Virus record (IMG/VR): IMGVR_UViG_3300010883_000015
Location: 1-64,000 of that record
Length of the DNA stretch: 64,000 bases
Source: a virus
Reading direction: 5' to 3' (one strand)
Within the stretch, counting starts at the first letter, position 1. Each line of letters starts with the position of its first letter. Shown piece after piece: positions 30,601-40,277 of the stretch. The position numbers were made by a program, and so were the translations under genes. The notes below the pieces were generated by a model. The model was not told the origin of the DNA. It was given only the letters and a program-made list of their open reading frames with translations, and made no database searches.

Positions 30601-31317
30601 ATAGTTATGGCAATTCCTCAAATAATACATGCTATTATTATTTTAATACCAACATTGATCGCTAGTATTATAAAATTAATTCCTGATATTATTGGCGCTC
30701 TTGTAAGTAGTATAGGTATTGTCGGTAAGACAATGTTTGATTCATTCACATCAGGTATCTGGGATATGTTTACTGATATTGGCAAACAATTCGGTGAAGC
30801 ATTTAAAGACACCTTGTTTAAAAATGATTGGCTTTCTGGGCTTAGGGACACAAACAATTCAGACGATGATGGGTCTTCTGTCGGGGGTGCAATCAAGGAC
30901 TGGTTTGGAAGACAAAAAGATAGATTTGAGGGTAATGCCTCCGTATCGCTGAATGAGTATAATGATACTCCATATGCACTAAGGGCTGGACTAGATGGTT
31001 TTGCTGCAAAATTTGCTGCTGGTGATTATATTGTCGCTGCTCAAAATCCTGCTGGATTATTACAGCAAGCATTAGATAATTTCATTAATACTACAAGTTC
31101 AAGAGGCTCATTTTCAGGGATGGAGTCAATGGGCAATTCAGGTGGCGCAATGCCCCCAATCGATATAGCTGTTATAGCCGAAGGAAGGCTGTTAGATGCC
31201 GTTCAGATTACAGCCCTTGATCGAGGTCACGCCCCAAGAATGGAGCGTAAATTACGCAGAGCTAGCGGGGTCAATGTAGGCTTCGATAGAGGCCGATTCA
31301 ATAACTTTGGGAGATAG
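24685..31317 (+). CDS. tail tape measure protein (TP901-type)
   Basis: 2210 aa; ARKLGATTAYTATEAAEGMQQLARAG, GLEGSMVGT; long helical and coiled-coil regions; C-terminal I/L-P repeats. Confidence 0.95.
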   Translation: MAERTWKEQVIVQIMGKDAGYNKLVSDATRRTDRFGKSLEILSTRVTNQFTKGLANMATAVSAFSKDMVVAGANFEQAITTLSAIKPSTSSSALAGLSDEARKLGATTAYTATEAAEGMQQLARAGFEANQVLAMTGPALYFAGANAITMDMSTKLLASSLKQFNLVASDSNNVLDVFTVATQNSLFDVESLAVAMRYGGSVGASLGRSLEETVAVMSSFRDLGLEGSMVGTRFRQAMLSLINPTAGAKKIIKDLGLTLEDVNPSIVGATEAIRNLGKAGATSPDALAPIVSKRAAGSVSKLAKDLAEALSIDELEMYFSKLGKDLSLQTVEDIANAEKQIGKSLHQIDLMQMKFQRSAGITARTYETMISTVEGQYKILTSAIQELQITTFKAFNTDVFRGTKKEIEEIGKTFSGTIPEINSFSSILEDLKKVVDDVTTVISFQGIETTLFFTEMTDKIKELVDTFGTTESITIHFIEMSKAIVSASLNVALFLNNFRFLIDLAQTFVAIKLGFMFKNIAEYMLRSAGAMTVTAGAMVNLTGVQGALNVASKGDIAIKNIQRTLMIQMLELMIVQTQAFVALTAGQSRATVATKTNTAALTTQIMAMKASVGLLKKQIISAGAASATIPVATVSMGLLGRATLKAAGFFRALAGALSGPIGLLFIFAPLLMDIFSGWSDIADEVEATTSKVNSLRLSQEAYNKSLATSAGGDKVDQQDGINALKQQLRDREEYTSVIRNELNLVKDLTDKKRQELLLEGKLFKVQYGKENILLSANAAQALRNTYLEKEHGILAQQEKIAESMTANADALNKKVKDGASGFTSLILHQKELNKESGWFGNSWKLSLTDLNDFNNILKETSASMGSVLVAGEKHSNLMSAIASKGLNVYSASDYSEIVKLSTEVYETLESQAKATSNQANVMGNALTDAIDRVTNAGQKRIESNKRIGKSNNDLNKAIESRLKLEEKLRKALEKAKAVRTQETLAIEYKYRIKELQKVYEKELALLKNNLEKKRALEARYANSVRMVQDTYEQKYLAGHDKMRERILQDIEESSKSEIGLLKSSHKEEIDEIKDKFKDEENLIKQQLGIRDDNSALSADIINKHLDNEYDITIESFDKKAKAQYSANSEYVKNSIGDNASQEKRLELYESDLAKITEEANTKREAQKDKSLNRLATLTTNHQSLLVLAEKKNSAEVLKATGELQDELFKNDIESMESRLGVSLPVLNLIVEEEAYKKYLKKLEDSGDISANRRGQLEQLYTQKILNLRKSVLDQSLGFDSNYLKSHKEDIATLLNEENAMFNNSLNLTEDLSNNRLLKMLGYSKEEIKLLVSRTQIAKTISIEELKIKKETALKLLALDKWYNGEAQAVARQAEVDKREEVKANMTTLYESRRRAIAEGEKEEIEELSKYNDEKILENKRYFKILSNIFSQTLLATRSSLNKIAKIVGGATIALGALFSLLSGEKNSSSVKEFKKYLAGITRSFSAFGARLEKTGSETKDFFKGLGDGVKGVSKSGVTNITTLFAGIISLFKEGGLKKGFSSLSKGLGDLGKSTKEKGSKGDLLKGLVGGVNKASKALGNVELTTGGGLAGMASNTKAISGALSAIGGKLGAILGGVASTLGYAAIGVVVLGKALGKILGVVGKAISKIVELSKQAFDYITGGFNLNVFTAISNITSDIISQQTAAIDKAKSDLESLEQQLLARKITKEEYDEARAGGIGSVDEVDIQGETETAVNELFKQAEMFMGVILQVAPRVMEMFAEKLPALFTMFKNAAISLLGTIEAYMPNLVISFVDSIFRIAPSILSVLQEVLPSILTFATNLIVKELPALANMFYSILLTFGDIIISSLPDIVTAIIKLVPTVTSIIQNMLKIFGVVVKEVIKNADEITKVITDAIGPILATLADQLFPLLASLLSVLVKWALSSATNLTKFAIDLIVGFMNALPDIITKVIDLLPLIIEELILSIGDIIIAIVMAIPQIIHAIIILIPTLIASIIKLIPDIIGALVSSIGIVGKTMFDSFTSGIWDMFTDIGKQFGEAFKDTLFKNDWLSGLRDTNNSDDDGSSVGGAIKDWFGRQKDRFEGNASVSLNEYNDTPYALRAGLDGFAAKFAAGDYIVAAQNPAGLLQQALDNFINTTSSRGSFSGMESMGNSGGAMPPIDIAVIAEGRLLDAVQITALDRGHAPRMERKLRRASGVNVGFDRGRFNNFGR

Positions 31318-31319
31318 AA

Positions 31320-34300
31320 ATGCCAAAAGCACCATCGCAATTTATGATTATCAATGATAATTCATTCGTAAACGCCTTATTAACATCAACCAATAGTTAT
31401 AATGAATTAAGGTTGGATGTTGCAAATGCTGAAAGTACTAATTCAGGTGAGTTATCATTATTTTGCACAGGATTTAATCTGGGTGCTTTAACTAGTGATC
31501 CTACTAGTTATGAATTTAGAGTTCAAAATAGTGGGTCCTTAGATTCTGCTACATGGATATGGTCTAAATCACCATCTTCCGCTGCATCTTCTTGGTACGG
31601 AGAGCCAGATCTTCGCTATCCAAATGTAGTTGACAATGCAAACGTTAAGACTATTGCTTATGGTGCGACAGGTGTGTATTCTAGCAAAGAAAATGCAATA
31701 TTATTATATTATGGATCTTCAACATCAAATAGTATAAATGTAAGAAAAAAAGCATTAGGTGAGGAATCGAGAGAAGGTTATTGGGGCACCAGCACAATTG
31801 ATATAGCTGCTATTGCAGGGTATGGGATTGATCATTCTAATGATCAAAGTATAACACTAGATGTTTGTGAGCTACCTAATGGGACGCTACTAATGCTTGT
31901 CGGATATAACGATGATTTATTCATATACGATAGTCTTGATGGTTCAACATGGAGTCTTTATGCAAATGAAATTGCTTCAAGGTTTGCAGGAATTAAGAGA
32001 CAATTCCTTGATTGCAAAATAGAAACTAGCGGAAGTTATGTCAGAATTATTGGCACATATCCTAACACTATATCTACTGGTGTTCAAACATATAATACTA
32101 CTTACCCTTTGTTCTCCATGGTTTCATCAGATAGTGGCGCAACATGGAAAGACGTAACAACTAGTGACTTTCAATGTATTGAGATTTCAACTTCAGGAGC
32201 AGATAGATTTTCATTTGATATAGCAAAATATGATAACAATGGAACCTTCATAATTGTTGGGATGACTAATTTTCGTGCAAATAAAATATATGATACGTTT
32301 ATAGGTAGTGGAAATTTAGCATTACAATCAACATTGGAGTCCCCACATGCCACCTTAGATCCATCGGGCGTATACATTACAGATTATGGAGATTGGATCG
32401 TATGCGTTCAGGTCGGTGCCATATCTAGACAAGATTTATTTCAAGATGCTCAATTTATAAGTAGTACGAGTGTAAATAATAACCCGGCCTTACCGACCCT
32501 TACTGTAATAGGTAGTAAAATAACAATGTATGAATTCATTTTTCAATACATTGATAAAACAGAAAATCCTTTGACTGCAAAATGGAAAAGTCTAAATGAT
32601 TCTTATGCTATTTCAGGATATTATGGATCTATGCGATATGTCCCATCTAGGGGTGCTATATTTGATACAGGGAAAGGGTTATCTTTCTTTTCTGCGCTTA
32701 GGGACATTGAAGAACCTTTGCAATTTGGATATGTTAAAGGAGCATCATATAGAGAGTTTTCTGGATGGGGAACTAGGCCAGTAAGAGATTACAATATTGA
32801 TAATTTCGCAAGCGAATTAGATGCTACTGCCAATATGTCTGTTGAAATAACAAACCCTCATCAGCCCTCAGGTCGGTTTATGAGGCCTCAGTGGGATGTT
32901 GGGGGTGGATGCCCCGACCAAGGAAGCAATGGTGGTATATATACTCCGTGGGAAAGAATAAGGTCATCTGGTGCCAGATCAAATATAGACTGGAAATTTG
33001 GTCGAAGTATGGAGATTTATGATTGGGCTGGATCTTCATTGACTCAACAAAATTATTTTAGATTTATTGATCCAAACTTTTATGACCTACAGAGAACATT
33101 TAGCATTCAATCCATTGCCGATGATCATTATAGTGGGGTTACTGGTGTCACTAATTTCTATGGATATAGTGATTATATAAAAGCAAGCGGTGAAACTCCT
33201 TACGCAGCATCATTTAATGCACAAAAAAGCACACCCTTAAGGAATTGGGTTTTCTTACCACAAATAGATACTTCATCAAATATTACATCTAATTCACAAA
33301 CAAGCAATTCATACCCTCATGGCTCTTGTGTTGTATGGACAGCCAAATTCGACGATGGGACTACAGCATTTGACGGAACCCAAGACTTTATGGTTGTTGG
33401 GTTAAGTTCTTATAATATATTAACTAGATCATCAGGAGCCACAGATAAGTATGCGGTTAATTGCGTGGTTCGGCATTCTGAATATAAAGCAGTTGTTTAT
33501 GATAAAATTTCTAATGTTGCGTTGGCAACAATAACACCTGATGCCTCTATTTATGGGGCAAATCCCTTTAGAGATGAATTTTGGGAATTCAGATGGGCTT
33601 GGTATCCATTCAAAGGAGGTCAGGTAATATCCAATACAACAAGTAATTGGAAAGGAAAATGTGCTCTGATGTGTAGAAAGTTAGGGTCTGATGATTGGCT
33701 TTCTACAAGCGTTTTAACGCCTAGTTATGATGACATATCTGCAATAACTTCTGCTGATATTAATTCTAGGCTTCTTAATCAAATGATTTATTTTGGTAAT
33801 TATGAAGGTAATCCTTATCAAAAATCTAACTGGAAAAACTTAGGTGTTCATACAGGTAATGATCTTGGTACTTTTGCTTATATAAATGCAAGTATTTCTC
33901 CAGTTGCTTCTTTACAGCCTATTGATGCAATACGAGGAAGAAAGCTAGGAGACTCCCCAATAACTTTTGATAGTAAAGTAGCAAGTAGTCAAACGTCTTT
34001 TGCTAAGGCTGTTTGGGGCGGGGCTGGTGGTGTTTATAATGATCGATATACTTGCAATATAAAATATGTTTATCCACCAACAAATATGAATCAATTTTCG
34101 TCTCCAAGAATAAAATATAGAACAAAAAAGTCTTCTGCTCGGAATACAACAAAAACTGCAAATGTTGTATTTAAGAGTAAAAATAATGATGTTTTTTATC
34201 ATGACTCTGTTTCCTTTATTAATACGAATTTGGCTAGTCTTCATGTTTCTTATTCCATGGATAATTCAACATATAGCGCAGGTAAAACAATTGATTTTAA

Positions 34301-35069
34301 AAGAATAGGTGGTGGACTAATTACTGCAGCAACTAGCAATATTATTACAATTGATTTTCCTAATAATAATTTATTCCCAAGTGAAATATCAAGTAGCGAT
34401 AAGAAGAAATTCTATCTTCAAATTGATATTGCAACAGCAGGCACAACTTATGATAAATATTTAATACAAAAAAGTTTTGGAAATAATACCTTTGTTCTTG
34501 ATCAAGAAAATTCAAATATTACCTCAGTCCCTTCTGGGATGGTAGGTTCGACTGTAAGTATATATAATGACCGTGGATACGGGATTTATTCTGCTCCTGA
34601 ATATGGCAAGTATATGAAAATAACAATTCCTGAATATAACAGAACGAATACAACTTATGGAGAAATCGGAAGCATTGTAGCAGGGGTTTCCTTTAATTTC
34701 GATGTTCCTTTATCTTGGTCTTTTACAGATACAGAGAAAGCGAATCAGCAAACCTTTAGAAGTCGCTCAGGAATACAATGGTCTTATAATCAAGGGCCCA
34801 GTACAAGGGAATTATCATTAACAATGATTGGTGATGTTAGCCAGCAAAATAGAAGAACAATTAGAGAGCAAATTAAGTCTATAAGTCAATACGGTAAAAA
34901 TAATTTAGTTTTCATAACAGAATCAGGAAGTAAGGATTCTGATATGATTTTTCATGGTAGATATGAAGATTCAACTCAATTAAAAAATGACGGATGGTAT
35001 TATGACGAAACAAATAAGTTGTGGAGACCCATAGGTAATATGGGGATAAAATTAACTGAAATTAATTAG
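31320..35069 (+). CDS. large tail-tip protein (Dit-like C-terminus, Asp-box propeller N-terminus)
   Basis: follows the tape measure; SLDGSTW and SSDSGATW Asp-box motifs; C-terminal YGEIGSIVAG..GPSTRELSL. Confidence 0.65.
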   Translation: MPKAPSQFMIINDNSFVNALLTSTNSYNELRLDVANAESTNSGELSLFCTGFNLGALTSDPTSYEFRVQNSGSLDSATWIWSKSPSSAASSWYGEPDLRYPNVVDNANVKTIAYGATGVYSSKENAILLYYGSSTSNSINVRKKALGEESREGYWGTSTIDIAAIAGYGIDHSNDQSITLDVCELPNGTLLMLVGYNDDLFIYDSLDGSTWSLYANEIASRFAGIKRQFLDCKIETSGSYVRIIGTYPNTISTGVQTYNTTYPLFSMVSSDSGATWKDVTTSDFQCIEISTSGADRFSFDIAKYDNNGTFIIVGMTNFRANKIYDTFIGSGNLALQSTLESPHATLDPSGVYITDYGDWIVCVQVGAISRQDLFQDAQFISSTSVNNNPALPTLTVIGSKITMYEFIFQYIDKTENPLTAKWKSLNDSYAISGYYGSMRYVPSRGAIFDTGKGLSFFSALRDIEEPLQFGYVKGASYREFSGWGTRPVRDYNIDNFASELDATANMSVEITNPHQPSGRFMRPQWDVGGGCPDQGSNGGIYTPWERIRSSGARSNIDWKFGRSMEIYDWAGSSLTQQNYFRFIDPNFYDLQRTFSIQSIADDHYSGVTGVTNFYGYSDYIKASGETPYAASFNAQKSTPLRNWVFLPQIDTSSNITSNSQTSNSYPHGSCVVWTAKFDDGTTAFDGTQDFMVVGLSSYNILTRSSGATDKYAVNCVVRHSEYKAVVYDKISNVALATITPDASIYGANPFRDEFWEFRWAWYPFKGGQVISNTTSNWKGKCALMCRKLGSDDWLSTSVLTPSYDDISAITSADINSRLLNQMIYFGNYEGNPYQKSNWKNLGVHTGNDLGTFAYINASISPVASLQPIDAIRGRKLGDSPITFDSKVASSQTSFAKAVWGGAGGVYNDRYTCNIKYVYPPTNMNQFSSPRIKYRTKKSSARNTTKTANVVFKSKNNDVFYHDSVSFINTNLASLHVSYSMDNSTYSAGKTIDFKRIGGGLITAATSNIITIDFPNNNLFPSEISSSDKKKFYLQIDIATAGTTYDKYLIQKSFGNNTFVLDQENSNITSVPSGMVGSTVSIYNDRGYGIYSAPEYGKYMKITIPEYNRTNTTYGEIGSIVAGVSFNFDVPLSWSFTDTEKANQQTFRSRSGIQWSYNQGPSTRELSLTMIGDVSQQNRRTIREQIKSISQYGKNNLVFITESGSKDSDMIFHGRYEDSTQLKNDGWYYDETNKLWRPIGNMGIKLTEIN

Positions 35070-35077
35070 GTTTTATT

Positions 35078-36766
35078 ATGGCAAATTTAACAGACTTAAA
35101 AGAATTATTATTTAATAGAATAAAATCAATATCCTCAATAAATTCATATTGGGCTACATTAATTAATTCTGATCCATATTTAAAAGAATCTTTTACTACA
35201 ATAGATTTGGTTTTTGGAAATGGAAAAAAAGTTAGCTTTTCTACAAATAATTTGGAGTGTAGTGATGATAATGATAATAAATACATATATGAGCCTTTTT
35301 TGCAAGAAGAGATTACTATTTCTTCTTCCTACAAATTTGGCGGAGGACAAGCCAGCCAAAGAGTCCTATCGTTATCAATCGATGGGAGGAAGGTGGATGC
35401 TTTAAGCATAATTTTAAACGGAGATTTCTTATCGGGAATAGGCGAAATTTGCATACAGAATAATAATGGAGATTTTGAAAGCAGGTATGTGATTTTAAGA
35501 GGAGAAATGAGGGGGTCAATTAATTTTGGAGTAAAAGATGAATTGATTCAATTGGAAGTAGGTGATCCTGATTTAAGAATAAACAAAACAATACCAGAAT
35601 TTTTAATTACGAAAGAAGACTTTTATGCTTTACCTGATAATAATACAGGATTAAGATTTCCTGTTGTTTTTGACAATTGCTACGCAGGAGTATCAACAAT
35701 AAGAACATCCGAATATGAATGGGGGCCTACATTTATTATTGCGTATGGACATGATATTACCGTAATTGAGGTGTATTTAAATGGGATTCTTGTTCCCAAT
35801 AATGACCAAGCAAGAGGTTGGGAAATATTATATGAGATTACAGATTCAGGGATTCCCTATACAGCTATTGATTTTGTTTTTGCAAACGGGCAAATAATAA
35901 CTCAAAATATGTCCAACGGACTTCCATTTTCAACATCAGTTGATATACCACCTTGGGATAATTCTGATTCTGTATATGTAAGAACAGAGTCTAAAAGTGG
36001 AAAAAACAGATCCATAATAGACTTAATAAGGAATTTATTAAGAAATAACATAGTTTATGGGGCCAACCTAATTGATGAAAAATTATTTGGAAAATCCGAA
36101 GGAAAGGTTCCTTTTCTTTTTGGTCAAGTAATAATAAATGGATCATCTTCTAGTACTGTAACAACTGCACTAGAGTATGTAGAAAGCGCCATATGTCCTA
36201 GCTTTCCTATGATCTCTATGGTGTATAGCGGGAGTGGGATAGGTTGTGTTGTTACCGACAGAAGAAGCAATGTTTTCTTTGGGACATTCATTGTTGGTCA
36301 AGAATTAATATTTGATAGAATTACTGGGATTCAAGAAACCCCAAAAGAAGAAATATATAATTCTTTTACACTTAGATATGGATATAATTCTTTATCAGAT
36401 ACTTATGAAAAGAGTGTTACAAGAAATAAATCTAATTCTTATGTTTGTGAGATATCAGAAAACAGAACAGGTAAGCGAGATTACGATCAAATAGATAGCA
36501 TATTGATATTTGATGATTCGACTGCTAATTATGTAATTGAATGGCTGTCTGCTCACTTCTCTTTACCTTCATATTATATTGAATATTTAGCAATCCCTTC
36601 TTTGTTTTTTAAATTAAATTTAGGTGACAATATAAAAATAACTGACAATGAATTGGGGTTTATAGAAGAAGTTGGGACTATTGAAAAATTAGAGTATACA
36701 AAAGGAAGCCTAACAATAGGAATTCGATTTTGGATACTTTATACTAAATTAACAAATTCGCATTAA
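35078..36766 (+). CDS. tail hub/baseplate protein
   Basis: GLRFPVVF, IYNSFTLRY, C-terminal LNLGDNIKI OB-like segment; position. Confidence 0.65.
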   Translation: MANLTDLKELLFNRIKSISSINSYWATLINSDPYLKESFTTIDLVFGNGKKVSFSTNNLECSDDNDNKYIYEPFLQEEITISSSYKFGGGQASQRVLSLSIDGRKVDALSIILNGDFLSGIGEICIQNNNGDFESRYVILRGEMRGSINFGVKDELIQLEVGDPDLRINKTIPEFLITKEDFYALPDNNTGLRFPVVFDNCYAGVSTIRTSEYEWGPTFIIAYGHDITVIEVYLNGILVPNNDQARGWEILYEITDSGIPYTAIDFVFANGQIITQNMSNGLPFSTSVDIPPWDNSDSVYVRTESKSGKNRSIIDLIRNLLRNNIVYGANLIDEKLFGKSEGKVPFLFGQVIINGSSSSTVTTALEYVESAICPSFPMISMVYSGSGIGCVVTDRRSNVFFGTFIVGQELIFDRITGIQETPKEEIYNSFTLRYGYNSLSDTYEKSVTRNKSNSYVCEISENRTGKRDYDQIDSILIFDDSTANYVIEWLSAHFSLPSYYIEYLAIPSLFFKLNLGDNIKITDNELGFIEEVGTIEKLEYTKGSLTIGIRFWILYTKLTNSH

Positions 36767-36778
36767 TAAGGAGAAGAA

Positions 36779-38371
36779 ATGAGTTCAGGTGGTAATTTAA
36801 CAATCGATAGGCCAACTGCAACCGCAGCAGTGTTAAATTCTTTTTGGGATATGGCAGTTGCAAATATAGCAACTATGATGCCTACCGCCTTGAGGTATAT
36901 TGATTCAAGGGCGTTTGATGATCTTACAATGGATGAAGATGATGTTGAGGCTATTTCTATATTACGACAAGGAGATATATTACAAGCAATAGCAAATAAA
37001 GCAAATCGTATGTTTTTTAATACACCGAGCCTGTCATGGGATCTTGATGATGATGGAATTGGAATAGTAGATCTTTATGATGATGCCTATGATTTAGGTG
37101 TAAATGTTTTACCTAATTTTTTCGATACAGAAGGATATGAGGTTAATGAAGAATTAAAATATTATGAAGCGAATCCTGATTGGAGTTCTGATTTCTGGGA
37201 TTTACAAAACAATATAAGTCAATTAAATAAATGGTTGATCGACGGTTCTCCTTATAGGGTAACCGTTTATGATGATAGTCTAGATCCAGAACAAGGATAC
37301 TTTAGGGATATGATCTATGGGAATAGATACAGAACAAATACTCAATACCAAAATGGATACTTATCCCAGGTAGGATCCGTTCCTTTAGATGGAACAATTG
37401 TTACAGGTTCTAATAATCAATCTTCTCAATATATGCAGTCTGCATTATATAAAGCTAGTAATAATGTCATGCAGACAACATTTTCCATGACAGGAAGTAA
37501 TAAACAAATAAACATGCCCACAATGAACATGTCTTTAAAAGAAAGACTTAATATTTCTGCTGAATTTAAAAGAAGCGGGCTTGGGGGGTGCAGAACTAAT
37601 GCGTGTGCTTTATCCAAGCCTATATCTGACTGTATAAATGTTACTGACCCTAATGCCATAATAGATAATGCATATATGAAGTTATCAACTGGGGATTTAT
37701 TTCCGCTAAGATTTCTACCAAAAACTGCATTTGAGAATGCCATCTTGCAGAAGGCAAGAACAGAGAGGGGGTCTGATGTTAGTACTTCAACTGCAACACA
37801 AACTATTGCAACTATTACTTTTGATGTATCTGTTATTGGTAATCCAATAGTAACTAAAACAGATAAGAGAGTAAACAACACAACAGGAATAGGATGGTTT
37901 TCTAATGGGTTTTTAGGCTCAGAAACTTTTGATGGAACAGGAAGTAAAAAAGAATGGAATCCTGGTGATTCAAGAATTCTATCTAGGAATAATTTAGGAT
38001 ATAAAAATACAGATCTAAATGTAATAAAATATGATTATGGAAATGGATATAATGAATGGTTTTCAGATAAAGCATATAAATTAGGGGAATCAGAAAGATT
38101 TGAAGGTGGCTGGAAAGAAGGGAGGACACCTTCTATACCTAATAATAGCCTTGATTTATTATATGTGACTGAAAACTTATCCTCTCAATGTACGGGATCA
38201 AATGCAATATTTAAATTAAGTTCCTTGTATGAAACAGGAACGCTTCATGTTTATTGGAATGGAGTTAGACAGAGTGATATTCAGATAACCGAATTAAGTT
38301 CAACAACATTCGGCACTTCGTTTGTTCCATCTTCAATTGGTGTGCTAATTGTAGATTACATGCCTTTGTAG
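36779..38371 (+). CDS. virion tail protein
   Basis: 530 aa; TAAGGAG RBS; C-terminal LHVYWNGVRQ beta module. Confidence 0.55.
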   Translation: MSSGGNLTIDRPTATAAVLNSFWDMAVANIATMMPTALRYIDSRAFDDLTMDEDDVEAISILRQGDILQAIANKANRMFFNTPSLSWDLDDDGIGIVDLYDDAYDLGVNVLPNFFDTEGYEVNEELKYYEANPDWSSDFWDLQNNISQLNKWLIDGSPYRVTVYDDSLDPEQGYFRDMIYGNRYRTNTQYQNGYLSQVGSVPLDGTIVTGSNNQSSQYMQSALYKASNNVMQTTFSMTGSNKQINMPTMNMSLKERLNISAEFKRSGLGGCRTNACALSKPISDCINVTDPNAIIDNAYMKLSTGDLFPLRFLPKTAFENAILQKARTERGSDVSTSTATQTIATITFDVSVIGNPIVTKTDKRVNNTTGIGWFSNGFLGSETFDGTGSKKEWNPGDSRILSRNNLGYKNTDLNVIKYDYGNGYNEWFSDKAYKLGESERFEGGWKEGRTPSIPNNSLDLLYVTENLSSQCTGSNAIFKLSSLYETGTLHVYWNGVRQSDIQITELSSTTFGTSFVPSSIGVLIVDYMPL

Positions 38372-38412
38372 GTATGTGTTTTAAATTAATATTCTAATAA
38401 GGAAAAAATAAC

Positions 38413-39132
38413 ATGGCTGATAATATTCAAATTAAAACGGGTCAGATAACTGATGATGCCGTTACCGCTGACAAAGTAAATCTTGCCGCTGGTGCATATG
38501 ACTTTAGTTCTGGTGGTGTTCTAAGTGTCACAACTCAAGCTGCAAGCACTAATTCTGTTCTTGCTGCATCTACCGCTTATGTAGATGCTGCTGTTGGTGC
38601 CGGATACAGTGCTGGTGTTGGTATTGCGATTGCTGGTGGAGTAATTACCGCTAAAGCTGCTATCAATGCTGGTATTACCTATGCTGGTAGTGCTGCTGGT
38701 GATGGTGCTCAAGTTGTTCTTGATGCAACTAAATCTCTTTCTGTTGACAGTAATGGTATTGCAGTTGAAGTACTTACCGCTGGTGGGATTGCCCATTCTG
38801 GTAGTGCTGGACTTTCTCTCCGTTTGGGTGGGATGATGCAGATCGCTTCTGGTGTTCTTGAGCTTAAAGATGATAAAGTAACTCTTGCTAAGATGAAATG
38901 GTCACCTAAGTATGAAGAGTTTACTGCTCAAACAGGAACTACTATTACAGTAGCCGGATCGATACCTGTTGGATATGAACTAACTACTGTAGTATACAAA
39001 AACGGATTGAGACTTTCTTATGATGCAGATCCAAGTACTAATAATGAATATAAAGCATTAGGAACTACTATTACATTTGGTGCCGTTTGTGATACCGCTG
39101 ATCTTATCCAAATTCAATACGTTAAGGAATAG
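38413..39132 (+). CDS. Gly/Ala-rich fibre or decoration protein
   Basis: ITDDAVTADKV, ASTAYVDAAV, C-terminal VYKNGLRL module; codon usage like the capsid gene. Confidence 0.6.
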   Translation: MADNIQIKTGQITDDAVTADKVNLAAGAYDFSSGGVLSVTTQAASTNSVLAASTAYVDAAVGAGYSAGVGIAIAGGVITAKAAINAGITYAGSAAGDGAQVVLDATKSLSVDSNGIAVEVLTAGGIAHSGSAGLSLRLGGMMQIASGVLELKDDKVTLAKMKWSPKYEEFTAQTGTTITVAGSIPVGYELTTVVYKNGLRLSYDADPSTNNEYKALGTTITFGAVCDTADLIQIQYVKE

Positions 39133-39139
39133 TAAACCT

Positions 39140-39185
39140 GTTTAAATCTAAGGTTTAAATCTAAAGTTTAAATCTAAAGTTTAAA
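39140..39185. repeat. 3.5 tandem copies of a 13-bp unit
   Basis: GTTTAAATCTAAR at 39140, 39153, 39166, partial at 39179. Confidence 0.85.
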
Positions 39186-39211
39186 GCCCCTTCATCTGGA
39201 GGGGCTTTTTT
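39183..39211 (+). terminator. bidirectional intrinsic terminator ending the tail operon
   Basis: AAAGCCCCTTC-ATCT-GGAGGGGCTTTTTT between convergent genes. Confidence 0.85.
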
Positions 39212-39212
39212 C

Positions 39213-39872
39213 TTAAGATTGACCCATGTTCTTCATCATAGAATCATAGTTAAAATGTTGACCAAGACATTCTGAAATATTAACCATTTTATCTTCACAG
39301 AATCCAGTCACCTTTCCATTAAATGTATATACATATTTGGCAACCTTAATTCTTCCTTTAACAAAATCAATACCTTCCTGAGTGGGCCTCCACATTCCAT
39401 TTGTTCTTGTGTTTCTATCTGGGTCAATCTTTGTTTCTGCCAATCCCCAGTAAGCCAGAGCGGGATAATCTCTACTTGAAAATTTACATTCTTTATAATG
39501 TACCCAATCATTTCTATTTTCAAATTCCCTAACAAGAGAAATTAGGAATTTAGTACTATTGCTAGAAATATTACGCTTGTATTCTTTCGCTAATTGATCA
39601 CAAGTTGGACAGTATACACCTCCGTTCCTTCTATCTATTTGTACTTTATTTTTTAAACTTAAAGAAACATTATCTTCTATAAACAAAATCGCTTTAGGAT
39701 AAAAAGCTTTAAGGAAAGAATATATTTCTTCCTCTTTATTGCTTTTTAATTCTTGCAAGCAAAACATAAGTACCTTGCCTTTTGATATTTCATTTATTTC
39801 AAAATAAAGAGAAGCATTAGAAATGAATTTCTTTAAATAATTTAGTTTTTCAAGTTTTAATCTTGATGACAT
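39213..39872 (-). CDS. hypothetical phage protein
   Basis: CPTCDQ, LAYWGLAE, GMWRPTQEGIDF; AGGAG RBS. Confidence 0.65.
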   Translation of the reverse strand: MSSRLKLEKLNYLKKFISNASLYFEINEISKGKVLMFCLQELKSNKEEEIYSFLKAFYPKAILFIEDNVSLSLKNKVQIDRRNGGVYCPTCDQLAKEYKRNISSNSTKFLISLVREFENRNDWVHYKECKFSSRDYPALAYWGLAETKIDPDRNTRTNGMWRPTQEGIDFVKGRIKVAKYVYTFNGKVTGFCEDKMVNISECLGQHFNYDSMMKNMGQS

Positions 39873-39893
39873 TTAATCTCCTTTTGGCGTAAG

Positions 39894-40277
39894 TTATAAT
39901 TCAATTCTAATTTCTTCATAGTCTGAAATTTTACCCATTTTTTCAGCGGTATCATTTAATACAACCCCATTATTCCAACATTCAAAAGTAAGGTCGAAAG
40001 TAACGGATAAAGGGTTTAATCTTTCAAATTGAACTAATATTTTACATCTTTTATGTTTTTCATTTGTTTCAATATCAAAATGATCAAACGCCAATTGAAC
40101 TAATGCAAATTCTTGGTTTTCGTCTAATTTGTTAATAAATGTATCATCTAAAACTGAATAATAGTCTTTTTCTAAAGAGATATTGTTAGCATTTATTATT
40201 AATTCATTAGGCAATGCAATAAAAAGCTTCTTTCCATTTTTAGTAAAAAAAGAATTGAATAGATTATTATCTGACAT
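39894..40277 (-). CDS. hypothetical protein
   Basis: ORF in the minus-strand operon; likely start MSDNN. Confidence 0.55.
   Translation of the reverse strand: MSDNNLFNSFFTKNGKKLFIALPNELIINANNISLEKDYYSVLDDTFINKLDENQEFALVQLAFDHFDIETNEKHKRCKILVQFERLNPLSVTFDLTFECWNNGVVLNDTAEKMGKISDYEEIRIEL

Noticed and set aside
25074-30896. Long minus-strand ORFs (181, 113, 265 aa and others) inside the tape measure gene
   Set aside because: Antisense shadows caused by codon bias; no RBS or recognisable motifs. The same applies to 37426-37881 and 49469-49981.
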